Shown: piece by piece, positions 47,615 to 64,000 of the stretch
Position numbering within the stretch: position 1 is the first letter of the stretch
How the letters are laid out: each line of letters opens with the position of its first letter
Assembly (NCBI GenBank): GCA_052426225.1
Contig: JBNJNM010000007.1
Location: 248,001 to 312,000, forward strand
Length of the DNA: 64,000 nt
From: Zancudomyces culisetae HAW-14-8
Taxonomy: Eukaryota; Fungi; Kickxellomycota
Direction: 5' to 3'
Notes under the pieces: generated by a model
Told to the model about the DNA's origin: nothing
The model's input: only the letters and a program-made list of their open reading frames with translations
Databases searched by the model: none
Translations under genes and position numbers: made by a program

Positions 47615-48414
47615 CTTGTTGGTGCAATTATACAGTCCCCAAGACTGTTGTACTATCTGCCCTTTCTGCTGCTGGGCTTTGTTCAAAACCAAATTAGATC
47701 CCTTCTTTTTTTTCCTTGCTAGCTCATGTATTACAAATCTTCACATAGGCCTCCATCTTTTTATACCAGAATGTTAGTACAGCTTTATTTTCGTATTCTC
47801 AGTGAAATTCTAATTGTTTTTTAAAAAGCAGATATTGATATATTTTGGTTTTCTATAACCCTTTTCATATTAATTTTTCTGTTAGTTATTTTTATAATTA
47901 AAAGCCTTTTATAATTGTAATGAGCTAGTCTTAAAGAGGACTTCTAAAGTCTGAAGTGACTATTCTACTGAAATTGTTGCGTTTTCATAGTAATTCCGAC
48001 AATACTATGGTTAAGCCATTCTGTTTGAGACCTCTGAGGTTCTGCAAGCAGGTACCAAACCTGTAAAGTTAGCTGATGTATGAAATGGTTTGTATAAAGG
48101 ACAATCCTCTTCAAAGTGTAGTAGAAATAGTGAGATGCTCTCATGGTGACTGATATATACCACAATTTGCCAAAACGAAAATCTATCTAGCACATTGATC
48201 ATTATTCTATCCAACCAAATGTGTGTTAAGGACACAATTACATAAAGTATTGTTGATTTTCAACTAATTTATTCTACTATCATCAACATGTTTTTGGGTT
48301 AGAAATCCAAATAACTTATCAAGCCCAAATGCTACAATATTAATTTGGCTAACTTTGCGTTTAGAAATAATCAAAAGACACAGAAATTAATATTATATAC
48401 TAGTTCTCAACAAT

Positions 48415-51248
48415 ATGGCATTGAGGATCGCACAATTAAATAGAAAACAATTCCTAAACCCGGGTAGAATACGTCTGATCAAAAACGCAGGACTTGGAAA
48501 AGTAGGCAGCAACAAGCTGTCTAGGCGATTTTATAGCGATAGGAATGCTGAGGATAGAAAAAGGCTAGAAATTACTAACGTAAGCAATATTGTTTACTAT
48601 TAACGCTTTTAAATACTGGTTTATTATCCCTAGTTACTACACCACCCATTCTTAATATAACAGTATTGATTAAATTCAATTCCGAATATTTGTGTCAAAT
48701 GTAGTTTCCCAAACACAATTTGATGACCACAATGTTTATACCCACCAAGAAAATCGATTCGAACGCAAAGGGTTTGGTAAACGAACCCACTGCTACAGGG
48801 GATTTGTTGGTAAAGGCTGGATATATAACACAGGTAGGTTGGTCTTTAAATACAAATAATAGCGAGCGAAGAGAGAGACAGCGAGTACAGGGGAGGAGGA
48901 GCAAGAGGGCATCATATATACTTTCGGCTATCAAGGCTGCCCCAACATGCTTATCGGTTTTGAATGCATGTTTATATACCTTCAAAGTGTATTTACGATA
49001 TATTCTAACCAGCATTCCACAACAAACTAGTCGTCCTCCGGTGTATACACATTGCTAACATTGGGTAACCGGGTGGTAGATAAACTAATCAACATAATCG
49101 ACGAAGAGCTGCAAAAAATTGGTAAGCAAACATATCATAACCAGAGACTTGCCTATTATCAATATATTTCAGCAATATATTGCAACAAGTATTATTCAGA
49201 CCTTCTATGCTTTGATAACTATTTTAAATTTGGTACCTACTACATGCATATTTGTGGGTTAACAAATGGTAAATAGGAGGACAAAAGATAAATATGCCAA
49301 CACTGCTACCAGTTGACCCATGGGAAAAAACAGGGAGAAAAGAAAAAATGGGAAACGAATTGTTCAAGCTAAATGATCGGAAGGGGACAGAATTTATTTT
49401 AGGGCCTACATGTGAAGAGGAGGTTACAAGAATATTTGCAAATGAAATAATGTCGTACAGAAAAGTACCATTGCTGATATATCAAATCACAAGAAAGTTT
49501 AGGGACGAAATGAGACCAAGATCAGAGCTTTTACGATGTAAAGAGTTTCTCATGAAGGATATGTATTCATTTGACAGCAATGAAAATGATGCACTTGAAT
49601 CGTACAAAAGAGTTAGAGAGGCATATAACAACATTTTTAAACGCATTGGAGCGGATTTCGCAGTCGTAAGTTTTATTTTACGAGTACGAAGCATACATGC
49701 ACTTTCAAGTGCCAACTATCACGTTTTCCAATTGAAATATATTTTAAAGTTACATTTCCCATTAACAATCTAAATACATAAAACAAAAACCATATATAGG
49801 CTGACGCGGACTCGGGGGATATTGGCGGATCGTTGTCACAAGAATATCACATATTAAGTAAAGATGGAGAGGACACGTTAATAAAGTGCAACAGCTGTAG
49901 TGCTGTGAGTAATGAGGAAAAGGCTGTTGGTGTGGTGCCTCAAAATATCAGGGTAGATAGTAAAAGTGCCATCACAAAGAACATGGAGAATGGCAGTTTC
50001 AACCTTAGTTTATCCGTCCATGGATTCAAATACTCTATAAACGGGGAAAAGATAATAAACTTATTTTTATTGCCTGTGGGACGCCAACCAAATACAGTGA
50101 AATGCAACAAGGCAATCACCAAAAATTCCAACACAAGTAATAATGTGACTGGAGATAGTAGTGGTAACAGACAAGCAGAGTTGGGAATACTGGAATTCAG
50201 CTTTGTTGATGGTGTGGAGATTGAAAAGCTGCGCGAAATTGTGGGCGACACTAGCTCTACAGAGATATTTATTGATAAACAAACTCTGCTAGATCCAGAA
50301 AATGCTCAGGCTCTGGCAAAGAATCTGTCTATGCATTTGAACCTGGTAGTTAACCAAAAGAACAACAGAGGAAAGGACGATGCAAATGGTGTTTATACGG
50401 GTGACTACACCGAAATTAAACAAGGTGATTTCTGTGAGCCTTGTTTTAATGGTGTCAATCATAAAAATACAGGCGTCGAAAACCGCCCCAAACTAGTCGC
50501 ACAAAGGGCAATCGAAGTTGGGCATATTTTTTATTTGGGGACAAAATACAGCATTCCGTTGGGGGCGAACTTGACCAACAAGGTCAATAAACTGGTACCG
50601 GCAGAGATGGGCTGCTACGGAATCGGTGTGATGAGAACAGTCCAGGCAGTGGCTGATTGGAGCCGGTTTAACTCTAGTGCTGGCAGTGTTGAGGCTGGAA
50701 ATGTTAATAACAGGCTGGTATGGCCAGTATCTATATCGCCCTATTCGGTTTGTATTATACCATTTGAAGTCAACAAGAAAAGACTAGACTTGCCATTTGA
50801 CACGTATGAACAGTTGGTGAATAGTGGGGTCCAGAGGATTACGGGTGAACTATCGGCTCTAAAAAGTAGAAGAGGCCATAAATTTACTTCAGGAAATACC
50901 CATGCGCATAATAATGATGGTGAATATGATTGTAGCTATGGAAATAGCGGTAGCTTATTCAGTCCTGAAAACCTTGTAGTTGATGATAGATTGTATCTTT
51001 CCAATGGATACCGCTTAACAGATTCCGAAATCATTGGGTTTCCGTTTGTGATTGTTTTAGGAAATGATTATTTCAATTCTGGCCATCAAAATATTGAGTT
51101 GAGAGTAAACACACTTAAAAACAAAACTGTTTCTCAATACAATGAGCATGAATCTGCGATTCCATCATCCACCACACCTGATGGAACGATTGTTTTTAAA
51201 AATCTCCCTATCAACAGAATTGGTGAAACCATTACCAAGTTTTTGTAA
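48415..51248 (+). CDS. AIM10: Mitochondrial (bacterial-type) prolyl-tRNA synthetase, about 5 exons
   Basis: LLVKAGYITQ|SSSGVYTLL, WEKTGR, LGPTCEEEVT, YQITRKFRDEMRPR, EFLMKDMYSFD, ADSGDIGGSLSQEYH, IEVGHIFYLGTKYS, MGCYGIGV. Confidence 0.93.
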
Positions 51249-51527
51249 CCTTTGTTCTTAGATCACTTTGGATCCCTTGTATCTTTTTCTGAAATTTGAT
51301 ACAAGAACAAACTTTCAGACTCTATTAGGATTAGTTATATTTGAAGCTAATATTTATACACATTGCTAGTACAAAAAATAACTTTTTTTTTACACAAAAA
51401 AAATTAATAAAAGCTTCAAAAAAAGAAACAATGTAGAAACTGATAAAAAAAAGGCTAAGAGGAACAGAATAAGAGTAAGTAAATACTGGATATAAAAAGA
51501 CATGTTGTGGTTCTAGCACTTGCAAGT

Positions 51528-53573
51528 TCAAAAATAATTAGACTCTATAAATAGTTTGGCGGCATGGACACTGTTGAAATAGCGAGTACTGTTATCACAA
51601 CCATCGAACTCCTTCAACATTCCGCTATTAGCAAATGCATCTTTTATTTTCTGAGTTGCACGAACAAAAAGGACTCTGATGTTTCGCTTCTCGTATTCAT
51701 CCACCAAATGTAAAAGTATCAGAGTGGCACTTCCATCGATACTCGACATGCGGCTAAACTCAAAAATCATCGCCTGTACCGGCTCCAACCTTCGATCTTC
51801 ACTGGGGTGAACCCGCATATCACCAAACAACTCTAATCGGTTCAGCCTCGCCCGAAGCTGGCCTGTGTTGGCAAAATACAAAGGCTCTTCAACACATATA
51901 ATTAAAATTCCTCGGATATGGACCACTACTTCATCGTATTCCTGCGAATCGGTATTGCTGTCATTGATTGGCAGATATCTATCGTCTTCGCTCCCTTCCA
52001 CTTGTCCCAATAGCTTTATCTTTGGTAAGTTTGTTCTTTTGATGACTATAATAACAGAAAGAAGAATGGCCATCAGCAATCCAGATTCAAGAGAAAACAG
52101 TATCTCACATACAATCACAGTCACCATCAGTATCAACTCGCCCCATGCACCGACCCTGATAAAAAAAGTCGTTGTTTCTGGTAGCGAAGGTAATAACCCA
52201 AATACAGCCACTATAATAATCGCATTTAGAGCTGCTTTGGGGAGCAGGTTCAAATACGGAAGAAGCCATATGAGCGAGCCCAACGTCATTATCGTTGCAA
52301 AAAACCCGGATAGCTGCGATTTTGCACCGGAATTGTCATTTAATTTGGATCTGGATAACGATGCAAAGGCTGGGTATGCACTAAACATTCCTCCAAGAAA
52401 ATTGGAAACCCCCAACGCCACTAACTCTCTGTTGCTGCTAACAGAATATTGGTTTTTGATTGCATATTCTCGGCTTACAATCACCGATTCTACAACGCCA
52501 ATCACAGTAATGTTTATCGCTGTAAAAAGCACATCTTTTCCGTATATATTAATGTGGATTTTGGGAATTCCAAACCCAGGAAGCTTAGATTCAACCAATC
52601 CGAATATCTTGACCCCTCGTTCCGCCCAGTTATAAGTTTTTGACATGAGTACCATGACTATTATCAGCACTAAAAATTCTGGAAAATAATTTACCCAAGC
52701 CAAATGTTTGTGCTCGATAAAGAAGAGCACCTTCTTTTTCTTGGCTATCTGCTTTCTGATATACATACAGAAAAACAAGAATGCCAGGCTTCCAAACGTA
52801 ATTTTCGCTGTCAGAGCATGTGCGTCACCATAATGCTTAAACAGATACTTTATATCATCAAGTGGAATGTGATGTGCTGGTAGCTCTTCGAGTGTTGGTT
52901 GCAGCCCAAGCCCGCTGATCAGCTGTTGGATTATTATAACTATTGCTGCTCCACTTATAAATCCCCTTAGCCCTGCTAGTGAGATTATTGAGTCCAAAAA
53001 CCCCATTTGAAACACACCAAGCAAAAACGCCATGATACCTACCAGCATTGACGTTGCCATGGCTATTGATGCCGCAAATGCTAGTCTCTCCTTTTCTGTA
53101 GCATCAGGGTGTGTAGCACCAAAAGATCTCAACGAATCGTTGATGAGTGCTCCCACTAGCATGCTTACCAGTGCTTCTGGCCCTAAACTCGCATGCCTCG
53201 AGGTTCCAAGAAATACATACGTCAGGGCTGGCACCAACGCTGTAAATAGTCCGTAAATGGGTGCAAGGTTTGTCAGTGACCCGTATGAAAGACATTGTGG
53301 GACCAACAGGCAGCTAACAGTTAACCCTGCCCGGAAATCCAGTATCAAGTCTTTGGGGTTGTAGTTCGGCAACCACCCTAAAATTGGAAAATAGTATCTA
53401 ATTCTACGCTTGATACTGTCATGTCGAGATTTCCTGTGTTTCCCTACCACATGAGTAATCTCCACCTCTTCCGTCGAGGAATATGAAAATTCCGCAGGGC
53501 TACTGTTACCTTCTAGCAGTAGGCTACTGGTCTCATCTGTTGTTGTTCGCCGGTTTATTCTTTCTCGTTCCAT
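51528..53573 (-). CDS. SulP/SLC26 anion (sulfate) transporter with STAS domain, intronless
   Basis: YYFPILGWLPNY, DFRAGLTVSCLLVPQCLSY, LGTSRHASLGPEA, NRELVALGVSN, SLSRSKLN, and STAS EPLYFANTGQL...SIDGSA. Confidence 0.93.
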   Translation of the reverse strand: MERERINRRTTTDETSSLLLEGNSSPAEFSYSSTEEVEITHVVGKHRKSRHDSIKRRIRYYFPILGWLPNYNPKDLILDFRAGLTVSCLLVPQCLSYGSLTNLAPIYGLFTALVPALTYVFLGTSRHASLGPEALVSMLVGALINDSLRSFGATHPDATEKERLAFAASIAMATSMLVGIMAFLLGVFQMGFLDSIISLAGLRGFISGAAIVIIIQQLISGLGLQPTLEELPAHHIPLDDIKYLFKHYGDAHALTAKITFGSLAFLFFCMYIRKQIAKKKKVLFFIEHKHLAWVNYFPEFLVLIIVMVLMSKTYNWAERGVKIFGLVESKLPGFGIPKIHINIYGKDVLFTAINITVIGVVESVIVSREYAIKNQYSVSSNRELVALGVSNFLGGMFSAYPAFASLSRSKLNDNSGAKSQLSGFFATIMTLGSLIWLLPYLNLLPKAALNAIIIVAVFGLLPSLPETTTFFIRVGAWGELILMVTVIVCEILFSLESGLLMAILLSVIIVIKRTNLPKIKLLGQVEGSEDDRYLPINDSNTDSQEYDEVVVHIRGILIICVEEPLYFANTGQLRARLNRLELFGDMRVHPSEDRRLEPVQAMIFEFSRMSSIDGSATLILLHLVDEYEKRNIRVLFVRATQKIKDAFANSGMLKEFDGCDNSTRYFNSVHAAKLFIESNYF

Positions 53574-53605
53574 TGCTTCATCAGGATTGCCCTTGGCGTC
53601 TTAAT

Positions 53606-53632
53606 TTTATTATTATTATTATTATTATTATT
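53606..53632 (+). repeat. (TTA)n microsatellite upstream of the SulP start
   Basis: Read directly. Confidence 0.85.
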
Positions 53633-55583
53633 CTGGTAGCTGTAATCCCGATTCCAAATACGCTCTTGTTAGATGCACTCAATACGAATATCTGTTCTAT
53701 TATTGACGCTAAACGCTTTTTTAAAATCTCCTTTCTAGGTATTTAGCTTCAATTAGCGTATACTCTAAATACGATCTCCCAGTTCCAAACAGTATATGAA
53801 TTTGTCTTTTCCGATAGTAGAAATTCGATATATCGCTGCAAAAAATACCAACTACTTTTACACTAACTTGTTTCCTGAGAAAACAATAAAAGAGAATACT
53901 TGTATACTAATATATCCTTCTATGAATAATTATTTTTAAAACTGCATTTCCTTTACCATTTGAAATGTGTTGCAGCTTGTCTCTGCTTTTGTTTAATAGA
54001 GCAAACAAAAAAAAAAGAACTGAAACTCTTAATTGAGTATATTTTTAAAGCATGGTTATGTACAAACATTTCCAAAATGGACTAAATTAAGTATAAATCC
54101 GGATTGTGTCGCATTTTAGTAACACATTTGGTAATTTTACTTTAAATATAAATAACAAAGCTCGAATAGAAGCTCCGGAAATATTTTACGAAATGAGCAA
54201 ACTGCGTCATTTCATTTTCATCTCCCCCAAACCCATGGCCACCAAGTTCCCAAACATCTCTTCCCTCTAAAGCAACCCGCAAAAATGTGTAGATTAAAAA
54301 AACACCTAAATATTAATAGAGCCAAAAAAAATCACATTCTAGTACCTTTTTATTCTCTGATTTTTTTCAGGAACAATTTCCTAAAAAATCCGGGAAATGT
54401 GGGGGAATAGTGGTGGATTTAAAAACAATCTGAAAATATGCTTTCTCTAACCATGGTGTTGCGATTTGATCACAACACACCAGTTTCAACATAAAATACA
54501 GTTAGGAGAGTGTGTGAGTGAGGGGGTGTTACTTTCACAAGTTCTTTATTCCCTTCCAGGCGTGATATTCAGAACATTTACTATATAGCTACTTCTCTTG
54601 AAGATATGAAAACAGTTACAAGCCTGACATCAACATGTCTGGATGAACGCACAGAGAAAAAAAAGCAAAAAAAAACACACTTGTTTTACCAACAGAAAAA
54701 CTGTTGCTGAAACGCAACTACTAGGATATACGGTAGATTTGAACTTCGGCTCCACTATAGATGATGGTTATGTGCAGTCACCATGTAAAATATTAAAGCT
54801 ATCCAGTATAGCGAACAAAGGGCACAACTTGATCGCGTATTTTTTTATCAATACACTTTATGTTCTTTTGTTTATTCGTATCTCTTGGGTTGTAGCTTCT
54901 TCGGACTTCTACCAAATATATTGGGTAACATAAAGTGGTAATAGTTACTGTTCCCTTTCTTTGCATACAAAGTATTACAAATCTGAAGCCTTAATTCCTA
55001 CTAGTTATGCCTTAGATAACTATGTACCAGCTTTTACAGTTGATAGAAACACACAAGTAATGGAAAATATTTGGTAGAATGACAGATAAAATACACAAAG
55101 CTCTGAATACGACTTTTTAAACTAAAAGACTGCGCTTGGATATCCCAGTAAAATTTTGTATACTAGTTTAAAAATAAAAGAAATATCTAATGCCATGGTT
55201 TGGTGGAAAATCCAATGAGCCAGAACTATAGTAAAGCTCGATCTGCTGTGGGAATCCGTATTTGTTGTACATTTTAATACTTTTATCAAAAATCACGTTT
55301 ATAGTTCAAAGCGAGCCACTTGTGTTGTTCAATAGATCATTCCAGACCATTGTTTTTTGTATAACTTTATCCGCATGCTCGCAATATTGGTAGCCTGTAA
55401 ATGGATCATTATCAAAAAAAAAATCGCGAGTAAAAATCAAAGGATCTTTAAATTATTTGATATCTTTGCCTTTTCTCGAGAATAAATGTATATACAAAAA
55501 GAAACCATTAACAGTGGAATATAGAACAGGAATCTTGAAGTAAAATTCACACCAGATTTGATCGCGTTCATAGTACCACTAAA

Positions 55584-59352
<3,769 letters not shown>

Positions 59353-59847
59353 CCGACCATCCTCTAGAAGACCCCGAGCTGGTTTTTGGTTGATGTTTTT
59401 TTTCTTTCCAGCTGTTTTTATTTTCATATTTATTTTTATTTTGTAGACACCTTTTCCTGTATATTTTTAACTATAATCGAATACACCAGAAATCAAGCTT
59501 GTACAAAGAAAAATGATGTACTCAACAACAACTTGGAACCTATTTATGATTTTTGATCATTCATATTAGTGCTGTGAGTTATTATAGCGAGATGGTTTGA
59601 TGTTATGATTATGAGCTACGCAAGTAACGCGCACCATTTGTCTTTATTTTGGTTTGTTATAAAGCTAAGCATACCGGTCGGAGTCACTGGCAAAAACAAA
59701 AAATATAAAATACTTGACTAAATAAGCAGGTACGTCTTATATGGCCGACAAACCCTGACTTTGTGGTGCTTTACACAGTTTGAAAGCAGTATTTATGGGT
59801 CAAACTAACCCATCTCCTACTGAAGCGCAATCAAAAGAAAAACAGGA

Positions 59848-61323
59848 TCACACTCTAAGACACTCTGACGAAACATTTCTCGGGAGAAGTGCGTTCAAAT
59901 AGCTGATATAGTCTACTAACGGACATTTGGACAAATCACAAGAAATGGTTTGGTGTTGCTGCTTTGAGTTTTTACTCGTTAAACCGAGCACTTTGCCATT
60001 ATATATTACTCTCATATAATATAGATTATCACTATTGCTTCTCCAAACCTCAAAAAACACGCTTGAAGCATATGGGGGCCAATCGGAAAGTGGTGCTGGT
60101 ACTTTTAGGGCCGCTAAAATGCTAGAGATGGTCTCATCATGACCCGAATACAGGCTAAATTTGGGTAATCTCTCTTTGGATGACAATAATTTTTGATGGG
60201 CTCTTTTATTTAGCGCTTGATTATTAAGCAGCTTATCTTGCTCAATAACCATGTTGACTTCATCCAATAACTCATGCATAAATGTACCCGCGGTGAGTCT
60301 AACTACTTCATTAAAAAATTCCTTGTTGTGCCTATATATCTGATTTTCAAAGATTGCATTTTTCAATGCGAGCTCTGCATCTTCTTTCGTGGCACAATAC
60401 CCTGAAGACGCGCTGCAAGGGAGTGGTTTATTGTGGCATCGAAGCGTGTTAAGTTGGTCCATAATAGTAAACCATGAATCCTTCATTTTTCTGTCCAAAT
60501 ATTTGTACTCCCCAAAAATAGAGCTAATTTGCTTCATTTTTTTCTTATTACGACGCAAGTACTTTTTGAACTTTTTGGAGCTTTTTATTTTTTCAAAGAT
60601 CTGCCTTATACGAGGGCAGTATTCTAAATTAACACGCATATTTTCCAGGGGTCTTGGGTAATGGCTTAAAGGAACCACCACTTTATCACCTCTGGTATAT
60701 GGGGGGTATAGCCCTTGGATAAAGCTCTGAGCCGAGTGTTGCGTTCGCCATACATCTGTCGTCCTTACTCTTATTGATGTGCCATCACTGAGATACTTGT
60801 CTAAATACTTTAGCATATCCACATATATCTCTCGTACATTTTCTCCCAGTATGTTGTGCTGAGATTTCCCTTTATCAGTAAGTTGTCCATCTTTACAGTT
60901 TCCTTTCCAAAAAATATTGGGTCGGGTCCGCTCACCTGCTTTAGGCTGAGCAATCTCGATCTTTACAGGAGGGCCAGAATTTCCTGACAAGCCATTTGGA
61001 TAGAGCTGTACTACATCGTTGGATCCTCCACATTCATTCCAAACGGCTGTGTCGTTTGTATATGATTGTATTGGCGTTCGATCCCCGTGCCGTATCACTC
61101 CTTGTAGAAAGACAAGCGTACTACCCTCCATGGGTTTGTATGTTGATATACTGGGGTATTTTGCCTGACAATAATTATACTCTTCATAACTGGATGATCC
61201 TATTTCGGCTTTGTATGTTAGTTTGTCTTTGGAAACATAGTCTGCTTCTAAGGGTATTTTGAACCCTTTGACCCCGACAAAGATGAGAACACCACAAAGA
61301 AATGATACTTTCTTTGTTATCAT
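59848..61323 (-). CDS. Secreted/lysosomal histidine acid phosphatase (clade 2)
   Basis: Signal peptide, RHGDRTP, GQLTDKG, RTQHSA, YSGHDET, WPPYAS. Confidence 0.92.
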   Translation of the reverse strand: MITKKVSFLCGVLIFVGVKGFKIPLEADYVSKDKLTYKAEIGSSSYEEYNYCQAKYPSISTYKPMEGSTLVFLQGVIRHGDRTPIQSYTNDTAVWNECGGSNDVVQLYPNGLSGNSGPPVKIEIAQPKAGERTRPNIFWKGNCKDGQLTDKGKSQHNILGENVREIYVDMLKYLDKYLSDGTSIRVRTTDVWRTQHSAQSFIQGLYPPYTRGDKVVVPLSHYPRPLENMRVNLEYCPRIRQIFEKIKSSKKFKKYLRRNKKKMKQISSIFGEYKYLDRKMKDSWFTIMDQLNTLRCHNKPLPCSASSGYCATKEDAELALKNAIFENQIYRHNKEFFNEVVRLTAGTFMHELLDEVNMVIEQDKLLNNQALNKRAHQKLLSSKERLPKFSLYSGHDETISSILAALKVPAPLSDWPPYASSVFFEVWRSNSDNLYYMRVIYNGKVLGLTSKNSKQQHQTISCDLSKCPLVDYISYLNALLPRNVSSECLRV

Positions 61324-63573
61324 TTAGTCTAGTATTTTAGTGTGCTAGTGTTTTCTATCGATCCAATACAAGATACATCCGACTCTACGTGTTTATAGCT
61401 AATGTCTCTTACCTCTGTTTCTTTAGTTTAATTGATAGCTGCTTTGTATCTTTTATTGTGTATTTAGGCTTTTCCACCTTATATTCCGTTTTTCAGCTTC
61501 CCTTTTAAACATGTTTCAGGTGTCACATTTCTTACTGGCTAGTTTTACTGATGAACTAGTAATGGCCAATTGGAGTTACAGATAGCTTTTTTACCCAAGC
61601 AAAAACTAGGACATCCCGCATTTTTTATTGAGCCGACAATAATGATATTCATGTGTTTGTTTTTTAGACACAAATTTTTGTGCTAAAGTGCGGGTATTCA
61701 TTGGAAAATTCAATTATTTGTCAAGCTCTAGATGCCATAAAGGATCACAACAATTGTTGTACAAGTTTTCTGCCAATTTGCTTTGCTTCTGCTCACACTT
61801 TGCTAGACCAAGTTTTGCTAGCCGTCTAGTCCCAGTAAAACCCAGTTTGTAACTGTGCCAAGTTTGCAAACACGATTAGCAAAAAAAAAAGCGAGAACAT
61901 GGGTTTATTAATTAGGATTTTAGTCTTCTGGGCACTGAAAACCACAATACCAATTGTAATGCTTGTAACAAGAGAAATAGAATAATAGCATATGATTAAT
62001 AAACACTCGCCCACTGTAAAACAGTGCTTATCTGGACTCGGTGCACGAAAGTACCATATTGGGCCTGTATGATTAATCTAGAGTTTTCGTTTTAGTTGAA
62101 CCTCTACTGGCTATCTCTGGTATATTGTTTTATTAGTGTCTAGTTCTGTACATCACCCCCAGCCTCTCTCTTTCTCGGCCAGCTTCGCATTCTCAAAGTA
62201 CTCAACCCTTCATAAAACTTGCGAGTATATTCATACTTTTCCTTTCTTTACACCACGATTTACTATAAAAGCCTAATATAAGTGAAAAACAACAGCACAA
62301 GCCTCAATACTTTTTTACTTCAAAATTAGTACTTGTACAAACCACCAAAACTCAGTACCAACAAATTACCTTTACCATGCGTCGAGTTTTGCATTTTGGT
62401 GGTTCTAAAAGTTGAACTATTACAACATCGCGAGATAATTTTAGGTCAAATAACGCAAATCGCACAAATGGTTCAAGTGATCCAAATGACAAACAGATCA
62501 AGTAAAATGGCTTTTCTTGTACACGTTTTTACTTATTTTCATCATTATTAGTTTACAATCTCTTCTAATATTAGCAATAAACTTTACATTGTGTGCTTAT
62601 GTTATTGAATGTCAATAAATTCCTTGATGGCTATTTGAAACGGTTATTTGGTTTTTTTTGCGATAGCATAAAGGTGCAATTATAGAAACTGGACGTGATA
62701 CTCTAATCTATCGAGATAAGAGTGGTCAACATGTTCCATTTTTTGACCCAACCTTTTGAATAATAGGGTAGTAGACACAGATACGAACTCCTCTATGGCT
62801 TGAAGTATTGAGGAACCATTTTCCTTATCAAAGTTGTCACTATCTGCATTCCCAATTATTTGTGGTGTGTATGATTAATCAAGCGAATGGGAGCGGGAAA
62901 GTACTCTGGTATCAAGTCGTATAACATACACGCTAAACAGTTTCGTTCTAGAGGAAACTTGGTGATAGCAACTTTGAAATATCACCTAGTTTTTGGAATT
63001 GGTAAGCATTATCGCTGAAAATGGAATGAATTTGCTGAATATTCCCGTTTACAAAACGTCTTATGTTCAATGCAAAAATGGTATTTACAAAGCAGTGAAT
63101 TAAAAGATCTATTACACCAGCCATTGGTATTTCCGTAATTAAAGACAAACGCATCTTCCCTCTAATCGATTCTGTTGAACCCTTTTCTTGTGGGTAATAC
63201 AGAAATAAACACAAAATTCTGAGCTATGTACAGTTTGAAATGATGTCTAAAGAAAAACTAAAGTTGGCGATTTACGATTGCAACCGCAATTTCAATTGTC
63301 TTTGGGCTTTGACAAGCGCTTGTAATGTAAATGCTGCAAATGCAAGAAAGCGAACTAAAAATATAAACTGAAATAAAGATTAATTTTAAAAATAAATTAA
63401 AAAAGCAGAAAAACGGAAAAATTGAGAAATAGAAGTAGAAAATTACAAAAATTATCTAAAAAAGCACAAAGTGTAGTAAGTGCTAATTACTGTTGGACGC
63501 GTTTAATTTGCTTACCGATTTTCAGCTTTGCAAAAAAATAAAATCCCGCACTTATAAATAACCCGCACAAAAT

Positions 63574-63604
63574 TGACTTTGACTTTGACTTTGACTTTGA
63601 CTTT
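63574..63604 (+). repeat. (GACTTT)5 hexanucleotide repeat
   Basis: Read directly. Confidence 0.85.
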
Positions 63605-64000
63605 AGTATCTGGACTTTTAGCGAGAACATTCCCAGTCTGGAGACCATGTTGGAGAAAAAAATTTTTTAGCATTATTAAAAATTAAAGCTTAATGTAAAT
63701 GGCTGTAAAGTTGGCTAATTAAAACAATCACAAAAAAGTCCGACAATTAACATAAAAGGTGATAAAACAATAAGAAAACAAAAAATTCAGTTGGTTTTCG
63801 TTTATAACCTTCATTGATGTTCATACATAAGACCCAAACCAAATATACACTTTTTTAAAGAAAAAACTGAAAAGACTGAGGTAAGTTAATCTAGATTGCC
63901 AGCTGTTATGTATACAAACCTAAAGATATTATAGTGTGTACTTTGCAACTATCTTTGTACGAGAGCTTAGTGTACAATATACAGTTCAAAAACTAAAACG

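Overview
AT-rich eukaryotic genomic DNA from a fungus, with spliceosomal introns. The gene content (MCM9, WHI2, ACL4, GTPBP2-like, a fungal-type transcription-factor domain) suggests an early-diverging lineage; Kickxellomycotina/Harpellales is a guess, not a result. I can support about 24 protein-coding genes and one tRNA-Gly(TCC), most of them housekeeping. Several intron-rich genes are absent or fragmented in the ORF track and were assembled by hand: ArfGAP, GST-zeta, citrate lyase beta-like, PHO13-type HAD phosphatase, G-protein gamma subunit and GUF1. No transposon, CRISPR array, rRNA or biosynthetic gene cluster was recognised, and I cannot demonstrate a new multi-gene system. The best leads are a 40-aa CaaX-terminated ORF resembling a lipopeptide-pheromone precursor (speculative), two GC-AG introns, convergent genes with overlapping stop codons, a strand-composition flip inside long genes, a telomere-like repeat in an intron, and a tRNA with an anticodon-stem mismatch.
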